Virus record (IMG/VR): IMGVR_UViG_3300030061_003198
Length of the DNA: 64,000 nucleotides
Reading direction: 5' to 3' (one strand)
Source: a virus
Within the stretch, counting starts at the first letter, position 1. Each line of letters opens with the position of its first letter. Position numbers and translations under genes: made by a program. Positions 1-8,740 of the stretch are shown one piece after another. The notes beneath the pieces are model-generated. The model searched no databases. It was given only the letters and a program-made list of their open reading frames with translations, and was not told the origin of the DNA.

Positions 1-491
1 TCTTCAAATTTTATTGACGTATTTTTTATATTATCTATGTCTACCCGATGTAAGTCGTCTTCCTCATTTTCTCGAAACATCGATCTAGGTCCAGTAACTT
101 CTTTTTCTAATGTGTCAATATCATAATCTTCTATTTCTCCATGGAAGGCCATAGATCCTTCCATGCCCCATTCGCCACCGCCTTCGTCTACTCCCATTAA
201 CCAAATTGCTTTTGTATATCCATGGTCATCAACCTCTTCATGATCATCAAATTCAATATCAAATGGTTTGCCTCCATCAATTTTAACTGTTATAATAGGA
301 TATCCATTTCCATCTCTTTTTCTATTTACTACTTCAATACTTGGTTGATAGTTTTTATTATCTTTATAGTCTTCATTAGTTTTAGATCGATTATATTCTG
401 CTTGCACCTCTTCTAATGTCGGCAAAGAACCATTTTCATTACGCCTTTGCCAAGCATATGATTCTTTTAATAATTTTTTTAGTTTAATCAT
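1..491 (-). CDS. Hypothetical acidic protein, 3' end outside the window; N-terminus MIKLKKLLKE suggests an internal head protein
   Basis: Not in the ORF track. Manual translation from ATG at 491 stays open to the window edge. Preceded by AAGGA and the TATTTATA motif (508-515). Confidence 0.8.
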   Translation of the reverse strand, partial: MIKLKKLLKESYAWQRRNENGSLPTLEEVQAEYNRSKTNEDYKDNKNYQPSIEVVNRKRDGNGYPIITVKIDGGKPFDIEFDDHEEVDDHGYTKAIWLMGVDEGGGEWGMEGSMAFHGEIEDYDIDTLEKEVTGPRSMFRENEEDDLHRVDIDNIKNTSIKFE

Positions 492-507
492 GATATTATT
501 CCTTATA

Positions 508-515
508 TATAAATA
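508..515 (-). promoter_or_regulatory. Putative late promoter TATTTATA
   Basis: Recurrent intergenic motif, upstream of ATG 491. Confidence 0.65.
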
Positions 516-518
516 TAT

Positions 519-902
519 CTAAAAATTAATTCTTCGTACAAATACTAAGTCTATTCTTTTATACCCAGGATCGTCTAATAATATAAACGAATTTTCAAAT
601 GCATCCCATGGAATAATCATTGTTTTATCTAATATCCCATTATTTAGATCTTTAATAACTTCATTTAATGCATTAACTGTGTATAATGTATTTGTTTCTT
701 TTTTTCTGTGTATTGAAATTGTATTTTTACCTCTGTATCCATTGTCTTCTGCGTTAAATGTGCAATATAATTCATTACGCTTTGCATAATTTGCAAAAAT
801 AAAAATTCTATTTTCTGGGATTTCGAAGTTTTGTTTAATATATTCAGTAACAATCTCTAAATTAGTTTTATGTGCAAATGTGCACAATAGTTGCGTTCTC
901 AC
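519..902 (-). CDS. Hypothetical phage protein (HRKKETNTLYTVNALN motif)
   Basis: 127-aa ORF with GTG start, tightly packed in the operon. Confidence 0.75.
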   Translation of the reverse strand: MRTQLLCTFAHKTNLEIVTEYIKQNFEIPENRIFIFANYAKRNELYCTFNAEDNGYRGKNTISIHRKKETNTLYTVNALNEVIKDLNNGILDKTMIIPWDAFENSFILLDDPGYKRIDLVFVRRINF

Positions 903-904
903 AT

Positions 905-2239
905 TTACCCCTCTTGTGCTAATCTCATATCTTTAATAGCTGCGTTAATTCTATTTCCATTTACAAATAAATGAAATCCTTTAAAATTTCCAACTGCAGG
1001 TGATATTCTATTATTTTTACATTTAAGTGCGCTATATACCTCATCACTAGTTTCTAAATATAATACACCTTTGTTAATAATACCCCACCATCTTACATTT
1101 CCATCTGATAATTTTGCTTTAATTGTGTTATCTAATTGCGCACAAAAATTTTCTACAATTCTTTCTGGATTACCGTCTGGCATAAATCTTTGTAATTTAT
1201 CAACAAATCTTCGTATAACTTTTATCTCAGTATCTTTTGATATTTGCATTAATGATCTTATGTCATTTTTTAACTCTTCAGAATCTAAATTATCTAGTAT
1301 TGCATTGATAGAATCTCTCGTCATCGACTTATTAATTTGCATACCTGTTAACATTTCAAATGAATTAACAGCTGTTTTTAATAATATAGCAGTATCAGCT
1401 GTTAAATTACCAAAATCAACGGTAGAAATTTTTTCATAATCTTTTAAAGATACTCCGTCAGCGCCTACATCTATGTCTGATACTATACTTTCTCCAGCAA
1501 CACCGCCTTTAACTTCACCATTAAATTTAATTGCAAACCATAACTCTGAATAATGTCCGTTTGGTATTCTTACCGTTCTATTAATTAAATTATATAATTC
1601 AGCGTCTATACCTTTTATTACATAGTCTCCAGATTTAAGTGGTTTTTTATTTAAATCTGTTATTAGATTCATTAATTCGTTTGAATTAGGACTTTCTTTA
1701 ACTGCTTTATATAATTCTGGTAATCCGTTGAATTCTTGTCCGTCTGCTCCATATTCATCATATATAAAATTTTGGAACATTTCTGGATTACTAAAATCCA
1801 TATATTGATCCGCGCTAGCTTTAGGAACGTTAAATTTTAAATCCTTTGCAAATTTTGATGTAGACGTGTCTATAGTTAAATCTAGAAATCCGTTATCGAT
1901 ATCACTTTCTATATTATTATCTCTCAAATAATCTGCTACGCCTAATTTGAATTCTTTAGATCGTTTATTAAAATTATTAATAATGATTTGACTATCTGTG
2001 GAAACATATATTGGATTTGGTCCTGCGCCTTGTAATGATTGTATATCATTTTTAATACGATCGGTATTTTCTTTTGACTCGAATATACCTTGTGCTTGCA
2101 ATACTGTGTTATGAATTTCTTGTTCAGAAAGCATATTGGTTTCTTGTAACACAGAACGAAGTACTTCGTAATCTGATTCTTTTGTTGGATACCCAACTTC
2201 CAATTGGTATGTCCATTCATTTATAATTTTATCTATCAT
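905..2239 (-). CDS. Hypothetical protein; possible C-terminal PD-(D/E)xK-like domain; possible internal head protein
   Basis: 444 aa. N-terminus MIDKIINEW..GYP; C-half GHYSELWFA...SDIDVG..VSLK. Late motif at 2262-2269. Confidence 0.6.
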   Translation of the reverse strand: MIDKIINEWTYQLEVGYPTKESDYEVLRSVLQETNMLSEQEIHNTVLQAQGIFESKENTDRIKNDIQSLQGAGPNPIYVSTDSQIIINNFNKRSKEFKLGVADYLRDNNIESDIDNGFLDLTIDTSTSKFAKDLKFNVPKASADQYMDFSNPEMFQNFIYDEYGADGQEFNGLPELYKAVKESPNSNELMNLITDLNKKPLKSGDYVIKGIDAELYNLINRTVRIPNGHYSELWFAIKFNGEVKGGVAGESIVSDIDVGADGVSLKDYEKISTVDFGNLTADTAILLKTAVNSFEMLTGMQINKSMTRDSINAILDNLDSEELKNDIRSLMQISKDTEIKVIRRFVDKLQRFMPDGNPERIVENFCAQLDNTIKAKLSDGNVRWWGIINKGVLYLETSDEVYSALKCKNNRISPAVGNFKGFHLFVNGNRINAAIKDMRLAQEG

Positions 2240-3591
2240 AACTTGATATCACTCATTTTACTATAAATATTGCCTACTTTACATTTAACAGGAAAATCAT
2301 CTCCTTCTAAACATGATTTTATTTTTGGTAATATTTCTTTAGCATTATGAATTGGGACATCAAATAACACAGAATCATATGTATATAATATAATACATGT
2401 TTTATACCCCTTTAACAAGTATGATAATTGATTTAATCGATTTGCAGTAAATTCTGTTTCGAATGCTTGAAGAAAATAATTAAATAATTTGTTTTGATTC
2501 ATATTAGACAAACTATCTTTATACAATCTCCTTTTTAATAATGGTGTTTCTATATATCCATCTTTTTTCCATTCACTCCATAATGAATACACAAAGTCAT
2601 TTATTTCTTGAAAAAATGGAATCTTTAAAAATTCTTTTTCTATATGGCCATATAACAATCTAAATGTTATTTGTTTACTTTGTTCATATTGTTCTGATGT
2701 TAACGTTTCAGTACCAAAATAAAATTTACCAAAATATGTATGTATAGATCCTGGTGGCAATTCATATCCAATTAGTCTTGCAATTAGTCTTACATGATAT
2801 GCATCAAAATCAAATTCAACTAATGCTCCGTTTTCAAATCTACTACACAATGCATCTCTAGTGCCGTCTTGTTTATTCATTGCTGCAAAATTGAATCCAC
2901 GGAATGCATTTGAAGGACGACCTGTAGTTGTATGATAATGATAATTTGAATAAACTCGTCCGTCAGTAATTAACTCTTTCATTTTAAAAGAATCATTAAC
3001 TTGTATTCCGTTAGATTCAATTTCAGCAAATATTCTTGGATAAATCATATTAAATCGAATATATGAAGCATATCCACTTTCTGTTGATCTAATTTCTGAT
3101 AATTTTTGATTAACAATCATCGGCCATGCATACTTTCGTATTTTTTGACACATTTCTACGTGTTTCATTAATGGGACAATTGTATTAACATGTTGTAAAT
3201 TAGTGTGCCTTCTCCAATAAAAATTATGGGCAGAGGTATAATAATGATTATCATCATATGCTTCGTTATATGTATACCACCACAAACTTTTTACATCAAA
3301 AACTGTATTATTTCCGCCCATTTGTAACCATAACTTTTTGTCATGAACAAATATAGATTCTAGCTCGAGTAATTTATTTAGATGTTCTTTAAACCCGGTT
3401 ATTTGTTCAGTATGATGTATAGGAACAATGAATTCAATTTCATTGCTTGAATATACGTATATACAAGATATTTTATTGATTGAGGGGTGAAGTTGGTGGT
3501 CTGTTAATATTGGAACAACTAATACAACTTCTTCTTTTTTAATTTCTTGTAATAACGAATCTAGTTCTGCGGAATCGTCTATTATTATCAT
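2236..3591 (-). CDS. Atypical short family-A DNA polymerase-like protein
   Basis: TTTGRPS, motif A FDFDAYHVRL, motif B SKQITFRLLYG, NYFLQAFETE, motif C YTYDSVLFD. Confidence 0.8.
   Translation of the reverse strand: MIIIDDSAELDSLLQEIKKEEVVLVVPILTDHQLHPSINKISCIYVYSSNEIEFIVPIHHTEQITGFKEHLNKLLELESIFVHDKKLWLQMGGNNTVFDVKSLWWYTYNEAYDDNHYYTSAHNFYWRRHTNLQHVNTIVPLMKHVEMCQKIRKYAWPMIVNQKLSEIRSTESGYASYIRFNMIYPRIFAEIESNGIQVNDSFKMKELITDGRVYSNYHYHTTTGRPSNAFRGFNFAAMNKQDGTRDALCSRFENGALVEFDFDAYHVRLIARLIGYELPPGSIHTYFGKFYFGTETLTSEQYEQSKQITFRLLYGHIEKEFLKIPFFQEINDFVYSLWSEWKKDGYIETPLLKRRLYKDSLSNMNQNKLFNYFLQAFETEFTANRLNQLSYLLKGYKTCIILYTYDSVLFDVPIHNAKEILPKIKSCLEGDDFPVKCKVGNIYSKMSDIKL
2262..2269 (-). promoter_or_regulatory. 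Putative late promoter TATTTATA
   Basis: Inside the 3' end of the polymerase gene, upstream of ATG 2239. Confidence 0.55.
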
Positions 3592-3599
3592 ACATTAAT

Positions 3600-3628
3600 A
3601 TAATAATAAATTATTTATAAAAATCCAA
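3600..3628 (-). promoter_or_regulatory. Sigma70-like promoter TTGGAT-N17-TATTAT
   Basis: Upstream of the polymerase gene; same architecture at four other sites. Confidence 0.5.
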
Positions 3629-3630
3629 AT

Positions 3631-4260
3631 TTATTCTAATCCATTTATATCTGGTGGAGATATATATGAGGTATCAAAATAAAATTCTTCTAAATTAGTT
3701 AGATAATTTCGTATATTTGGCATTATGGCTGCAGCAATTTCAATTTGCTCTGCATTTTTTTCGTATACTGCTTTTTGTTTGATACTAGTAAGTTGATTTC
3801 TGTGGTGGTTTGAATTTTTAAGTCCTGCGATAAACCATGTTAATTTAACTGCAGTATACAAATTAGCATCTATTTTTTGCGTTGAATGGGATTCATATTG
3901 TTCTTTATCAACTTCATATATAATTCGTGATGATACATTTTGTAAAAAATATCTTGTTATCGATTGCTTTTTTATATCTTCATTGTTTATAGTTGGTTGG
4001 CTTTGGGTTACTGAATCATATGAAGTTTTAATATTAGGTTTTAATGTATTATATTCTACAGTATTTGTTTCATTTAATTTAAATTTTAATAATGGCTTCG
4101 ATGTTATTGGATTCCATGCGGCTTCGGTATATACTTCGCCTGTAATATAAGAATGGTAAGATCCTTTGTATTCTGTTAAATCTTCTAACATCCATTCACT
4201 ACCGGTAGTAAATAATCCGTTATTTATTTCATCATTTAAATAATATATTTTGTTTCTCAT
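3631..4260 (-). CDS. Hypothetical, probably baseplate-associated protein; likely start 4260 (MRNKIYY)
   Basis: ATG at 4260 overlaps the TAA of the upstream gene (TAATG coupling). Last gene of the baseplate run. Confidence 0.65.
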   Translation of the reverse strand: MRNKIYYLNDEINNGLFTTGSEWMLEDLTEYKGSYHSYITGEVYTEAAWNPITSKPLLKFKLNETNTVEYNTLKPNIKTSYDSVTQSQPTINNEDIKKQSITRYFLQNVSSRIIYEVDKEQYESHSTQKIDANLYTAVKLTWFIAGLKNSNHHRNQLTSIKQKAVYEKNAEQIEIAAAIMPNIRNYLTNLEEFYFDTSYISPPDINGLE

Positions 4261-6425
4261 TATGTTATCTCTAATATACGTGATCTTGCAAAACAGGTAA
4301 TACTTGTAGTCCATTCACCCGAGTCTGATATCGTATGCTTTATTTTACTAATATTAAAAACAAATTGTTGATTATATCTAGATGGTAATCCTCTAAAAAA
4401 TAAAACATCGCCGTATATGAATCCATTTATACCATCTATTGTAAATTCTAAATTCATTGGCCAAATTGGAGCATTTATATTACACGCACTTTCTGGAGAT
4501 ACATCGGGATAGGCAATATGACCAGATATTGCCTTTTGCAATGATGCTATATTAGACTCACTTTGATCATTACCATATGCTTCTTTTGCATTTTTAATAG
4601 CCATTAAACTAGCAATATAATTTTTTTCAAATTCATCTTTACGTATAGCTTTTGCTTCTTCAGAATCGCTAAAAATATATGGATTAAATGCCGTTAATGA
4701 AGTTGCAGAAGGTTGCGTTCCAGCAAATCCGATCAATGTTGTTTTATATGCATCAGGTAAGTCAAATCCTAATTTAAATTCTCTCACAACCGTGCCTGAG
4801 CCTTTACCTGAAAAAACAGGAATTTCAAATTCTGGTACGGCTTGTTTATCTTTTCCTAGATAATTAGTATCATAATATAACAGTGCATCTGGAATATCAG
4901 GATGTTGTATTAATGCCATTCTTATAGCATATGAAGTCTGCTGTCCTATTTCTTCTTTAATTTTATTTAAAAATTGTTTTATTGTAGTTGGCTTTTCCGC
5001 AGTTGATTCAGCTGTTAATGTTTCTACTATTTCTTTTATTACTTTTAAATTAATATAAATCCTTGACGGATGACCATATGTTTTTGATTCTGTCATACCG
5101 GCGTCTTCTCCCGCAGTATCAAATTTTTGAAATTCTCTATTTTCAAAAAAACCAGGTGTCTTTGGAGAGGTTTGGCTATAAGCTGTTATACCAGATCGCG
5201 ATTCAGGAAATTGTCTATATACATTTGTATTAAAATCATTGGTTCCAGGCCATAATAATACTCTAGTTGGATCTGCAGAAACTAAATGTTCATAATAATT
5301 ACTAAAACATAATTGATCATTGCAAAATAATAAATCTTGGTTTCCTATAGTAGTAGAATTATTTTTAATTACGGCACCTATATAGTCATCTAGATAGTCA
5401 ATTAACAATCCTAATGTTATAAAGGTATCTTCAGGCTTCTTTGATTTAACTGCATCGGCATTATCCTTTTTTTGCTTTTTTAATGAACCATATAATATAG
5501 AACGATCATTCAGGGCTATATCTTCTTCGTTTATAGTAATTTTTTTTGAAATTGGAATTTCTATAGGATTTGTGTATCCGTCATTGGAATCTTTTAATTC
5601 AGTATTTACTTTTTTCTGAATAAATTCATGAAAATTTTGAGAAGTATCAGCTGATCCGATTTCTTGATCAACTGTTTCGTCTCTAGTTAATAATTCTATA
5701 TCTGGATTGGTTATAAAAAATGATGCGTCTGGGTAGGTGCCGGCAGTTGCTCGTAAACTTAATGTAGCTGTTATTGATACGTCATCATTATATTTTATAT
5801 TAAACGAGCTTACCAATCCAGTAAATACTAGCCTATCCATTTTTAAAAATTCATCAATCATTTCTGCAGGAAATTCATTTTGTAAAATCCTTGTTGACGT
5901 TACTAATTCTGATTTAGATAGGGCATTTCCTGGAAGACCAGGTTCGTCTTCACTCAATATAGCAGATTCTGGATGTTGTACTGTTAATTTAACTACACGA
6001 CCTGGCTTAAAAAAAATTCTTTCTATTACATCTAAATCAATTGGATCTTGAATTAATATTGTTACAGTAGAAGTATTTATTGCAAATTGTGCATTATCTG
6101 CAATATTAACTGTAACACCGGTTATAACTGGTTCTGGCCTTTTGGAATGTCGATTTAAATATCCATCTTCTCCAGATGGCATAAACAGGCCTGATCTTAA
6201 CTTTTTACCTCCTAGAGTATATAAAGGGACATCTTCAGTTGATATCGTTTTAGATTCTTCTGTTGGATTGTCTTTTGCTTGATATGCTGTTAATTCTACA
6301 TTTGCAATTTTACCCAACATATAATTTAATTGTTTGGTACTACGACCAGTTTTTCCTGCCTGGCCTCTTAATTCAAGTTCATTTGCTAACTTTCGATTAA
6401 CTTGGGAATAAAATATATCGCTCAT
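4260..6425 (-). CDS. Putative baseplate hub protein (gp27/gpD-like)
   Basis: Follows the LysM/tail-X gene. C-terminal LEFTIDGING...FNISKIKHTI..GEWTT pattern typical of hub proteins. Confidence 0.55.
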   Translation of the reverse strand: MSDIFYSQVNRKLANELELRGQAGKTGRSTKQLNYMLGKIANVELTAYQAKDNPTEESKTISTEDVPLYTLGGKKLRSGLFMPSGEDGYLNRHSKRPEPVITGVTVNIADNAQFAINTSTVTILIQDPIDLDVIERIFFKPGRVVKLTVQHPESAILSEDEPGLPGNALSKSELVTSTRILQNEFPAEMIDEFLKMDRLVFTGLVSSFNIKYNDDVSITATLSLRATAGTYPDASFFITNPDIELLTRDETVDQEIGSADTSQNFHEFIQKKVNTELKDSNDGYTNPIEIPISKKITINEEDIALNDRSILYGSLKKQKKDNADAVKSKKPEDTFITLGLLIDYLDDYIGAVIKNNSTTIGNQDLLFCNDQLCFSNYYEHLVSADPTRVLLWPGTNDFNTNVYRQFPESRSGITAYSQTSPKTPGFFENREFQKFDTAGEDAGMTESKTYGHPSRIYINLKVIKEIVETLTAESTAEKPTTIKQFLNKIKEEIGQQTSYAIRMALIQHPDIPDALLYYDTNYLGKDKQAVPEFEIPVFSGKGSGTVVREFKLGFDLPDAYKTTLIGFAGTQPSATSLTAFNPYIFSDSEEAKAIRKDEFEKNYIASLMAIKNAKEAYGNDQSESNIASLQKAISGHIAYPDVSPESACNINAPIWPMNLEFTIDGINGFIYGDVLFFRGLPSRYNQQFVFNISKIKHTISDSGEWTTSITCFARSRILEIT

Positions 6426-6724
6426 CTTTGATTGTTTTCGTCACTTATTAAATCTTGTATATTTCCTTTAGGTGGAATTCGTAATCTAGTATTTGCTGGA
6501 ATAATTAGGGTACCTTTTGGTAAACTATTTGATTCTGCAATGATCCACCATAATGTGGCATCATCATAAAAATCGTATGCTAATTTATCTAACCGTTCTA
6601 TTCCACTAGTTATTATATATGTATCTAGATTAGTTGTTGGAACAACTGGTAATATTACGGTTGATAGTTTACGTTTACCATTTTTATCTTTTATCGTTTT
6701 TGAATTTGCATATCTACTTGACAT
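6422..6724 (-). CDS. Baseplate LysM-like protein (gp53/tail X-like)
   Basis: RLDKLAYDFYDDATLWWIIAESN...LRIP signature. Confidence 0.8.
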   Translation of the reverse strand: MSSRYANSKTIKDKNGKRKLSTVILPVVPTTNLDTYIITSGIERLDKLAYDFYDDATLWWIIAESNSLPKGTLIIPANTRLRIPPKGNIQDLISDENNQR

Positions 6725-6725
6725 A

Positions 6726-8732
6726 TTAGTCTCCGACTCCTGTTATTTTTTTAAACGCATCTGTAAATGGTTCAGCAGCTGCTTTAACCCCTTCTATAAA
6801 CTTGTCTTTATTTGATAAATTCTCTGACAATAAAGATCCTTCAGCATCACTTAACCAATTGTGGCCACCAGCTTTCGGAACACTATTTTTATCAAATCTA
6901 GAAGCTAATGAATACATTCTTCCGCCTTTTTGTGGTAAATAATCTGTTATCACATTGAATTGTACTGACACTTCCACTTTAAATGGAGCTTGCATCATCA
7001 TGGGATCTTTTACTAAATTTGTTTCCCATGTTGTATCAGAATCTACAAATGTATAATATACACTAGTTAGTACAACAGGTTGATGTATTAATAAATCTCC
7101 GATTGTTATTCTTAGCCATGGTGCTTCCATTGTTAAAGTATCGTCAGAATATGTAGGAGCAGTATATGAAGCTAAATAATTTAATTTACGATACATTGGT
7201 TTCATTTCGTCTCGATCGGATGCATATACTGTGAAGTTAACGTCAAATTGTCTGCCGTACCCTTGGTATGTGTAATTAGGATCTGCCCTTCCAATATATT
7301 TTACTGGATTCCATGATGCATTAAATGTGTCTGTTAATGAACTTATCATAGCTCTAAAAACTAATACATCATCTTTTGTTCCTTCTGTAGGATTAGCTGT
7401 TAATTTAGGACCTGTAAAATAAAATTTAACAAGGTCTCTGGTAGTTCCAGATCCTAGTGCGTCTAATGCAGCTCCAAATGATGTTTCATTTAAAGTTAAT
7501 GGAGGCCTCCATTTGTAAATTTGGCCATGAGACTTTTGTCCAAAATCTATTACATTGACTTTATCTCCTCTAAATTGAGTAGCTATTTCTATAGGATTAA
7601 TAGTTTGTATAAATCCGCCTTTGCGGTTGTCGCCTGAAGGTTGCCATCTAGTTGCTACATTACTTCTTAATGTAAAATCTTTTTTTGATTGCGGATTAAA
7701 CCCAGTATAACTACCAAAGCCATATGTTGATTCTAAATTAAAAACGCTATATGCTCCGCCTGGTGCTAATGAAGCTGCTGAATATGCTCCGGCTAGTGCA
7801 GATCCTCGTAATAATGCTGCGGCGCCGTCGACTCTTGTGTCTTTTCCTAATGTTCCAATTTCTCTTCTAAAATCATAGTATGGTAGAAATGAATCTTGTA
7901 TAGTTTTTATTTTATCTTTTGATAATAATTTATATGATGTACGTTGTTTTCCTCCGCCCCCAATCAATCCAGTAATAGCTGTGTTTGAAGTTAATCCACT
8001 AGCTAAACTAATTCCAGATGATCTAAGAATATCTTCGCCATTGATATCACCGCCCATTTCCGAGATGCCAATCTTCGAAGAAATATCCGGATTAGTGCCG
8101 GCATTAGGATATGTGCCAATCAAGTTAAATGTGTTTGGTTGTTTAAATACTGTCTCTGGTACTGGCAATTCTGCGTAATGGTCTGCATAATCAGCGGTGC
8201 CTACTTCTGGGTCTGGTTTTCCTTCTGGCCCATATGGATTAGTATTATAAAATGGGTTATCTGGACCAATTCCTGGTTTTAGTATTTGCGTACCTACATT
8301 ATCTTCATAATGAAAAGTATTGAAGAATGGGTTATCTGGACCAATTCCTCGACCATCTTTTAATGGATCAGAAACAGGAAGTTGGTATGGATTAGTATTG
8401 AAGAATGGGTTATCTGGTCCAATTCCTTGACCATATTGAATTGGAAAAGGTCCATTATGTTGATAATGAAAAATATTGAAATATTGATTGTGAATTGGGC
8501 CTGCACCTGTGCCTACTTGGATTGGTGCATATCCGTTATCTTGGTATGGGAAAGTATTGAAGAATGGGTTATCTGGTCCATTACCTAAGCCGACGTTGGT
8601 GAAGATGCCGTTAGGTTGATATCGCCAATTGGTCTGGAACTCATTTCCTTGAACTCCATTGCCTGTGCCATATTGAATTGGTGTATATCCGTTAGGTTGA
8701 TATGGGTTTGTATTTGTATATAATATTGGCAT
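6726..8732 (-). CDS. Putative tail tube initiator/baseplate protein with N-terminal GPDNPFFNT repeats
   Basis: C-terminal FRAMISSLTDTFNASWNPVKYIGRADPNYTY tube-initiator-like pattern; sits between tape measure and LysM genes. Confidence 0.55.
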   Translation of the reverse strand: MPILYTNTNPYQPNGYTPIQYGTGNGVQGNEFQTNWRYQPNGIFTNVGLGNGPDNPFFNTFPYQDNGYAPIQVGTGAGPIHNQYFNIFHYQHNGPFPIQYGQGIGPDNPFFNTNPYQLPVSDPLKDGRGIGPDNPFFNTFHYEDNVGTQILKPGIGPDNPFYNTNPYGPEGKPDPEVGTADYADHYAELPVPETVFKQPNTFNLIGTYPNAGTNPDISSKIGISEMGGDINGEDILRSSGISLASGLTSNTAITGLIGGGGKQRTSYKLLSKDKIKTIQDSFLPYYDFRREIGTLGKDTRVDGAAALLRGSALAGAYSAASLAPGGAYSVFNLESTYGFGSYTGFNPQSKKDFTLRSNVATRWQPSGDNRKGGFIQTINPIEIATQFRGDKVNVIDFGQKSHGQIYKWRPPLTLNETSFGAALDALGSGTTRDLVKFYFTGPKLTANPTEGTKDDVLVFRAMISSLTDTFNASWNPVKYIGRADPNYTYQGYGRQFDVNFTVYASDRDEMKPMYRKLNYLASYTAPTYSDDTLTMEAPWLRITIGDLLIHQPVVLTSVYYTFVDSDTTWETNLVKDPMMMQAPFKVEVSVQFNVITDYLPQKGGRMYSLASRFDKNSVPKAGGHNWLSDAEGSLLSENLSNKDKFIEGVKAAAEPFTDAFKKITGVGD
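8242..8715 (-). repeat. In-frame coding repeats of about 25-27 aa (G.GPDNPFFNT.PY)
   Basis: Core gtattgaagaatgggttatctgg(a/t)cca starts at 8317, 8395 and 8554, with a variant at 8242. Spacings 75, 78 and 159 nt are all multiples of 3. Confidence 0.9.
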
Positions 8733-8740
8733 ATATTTCC

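Noticed and set aside
8242-8590. CRISPR-like array of ~30-nt repeats with variable spacers
   Set aside because: Spacings are multiples of 3, the repeats are in frame within an ORF, the spacers resemble one another, and no cas genes are present.
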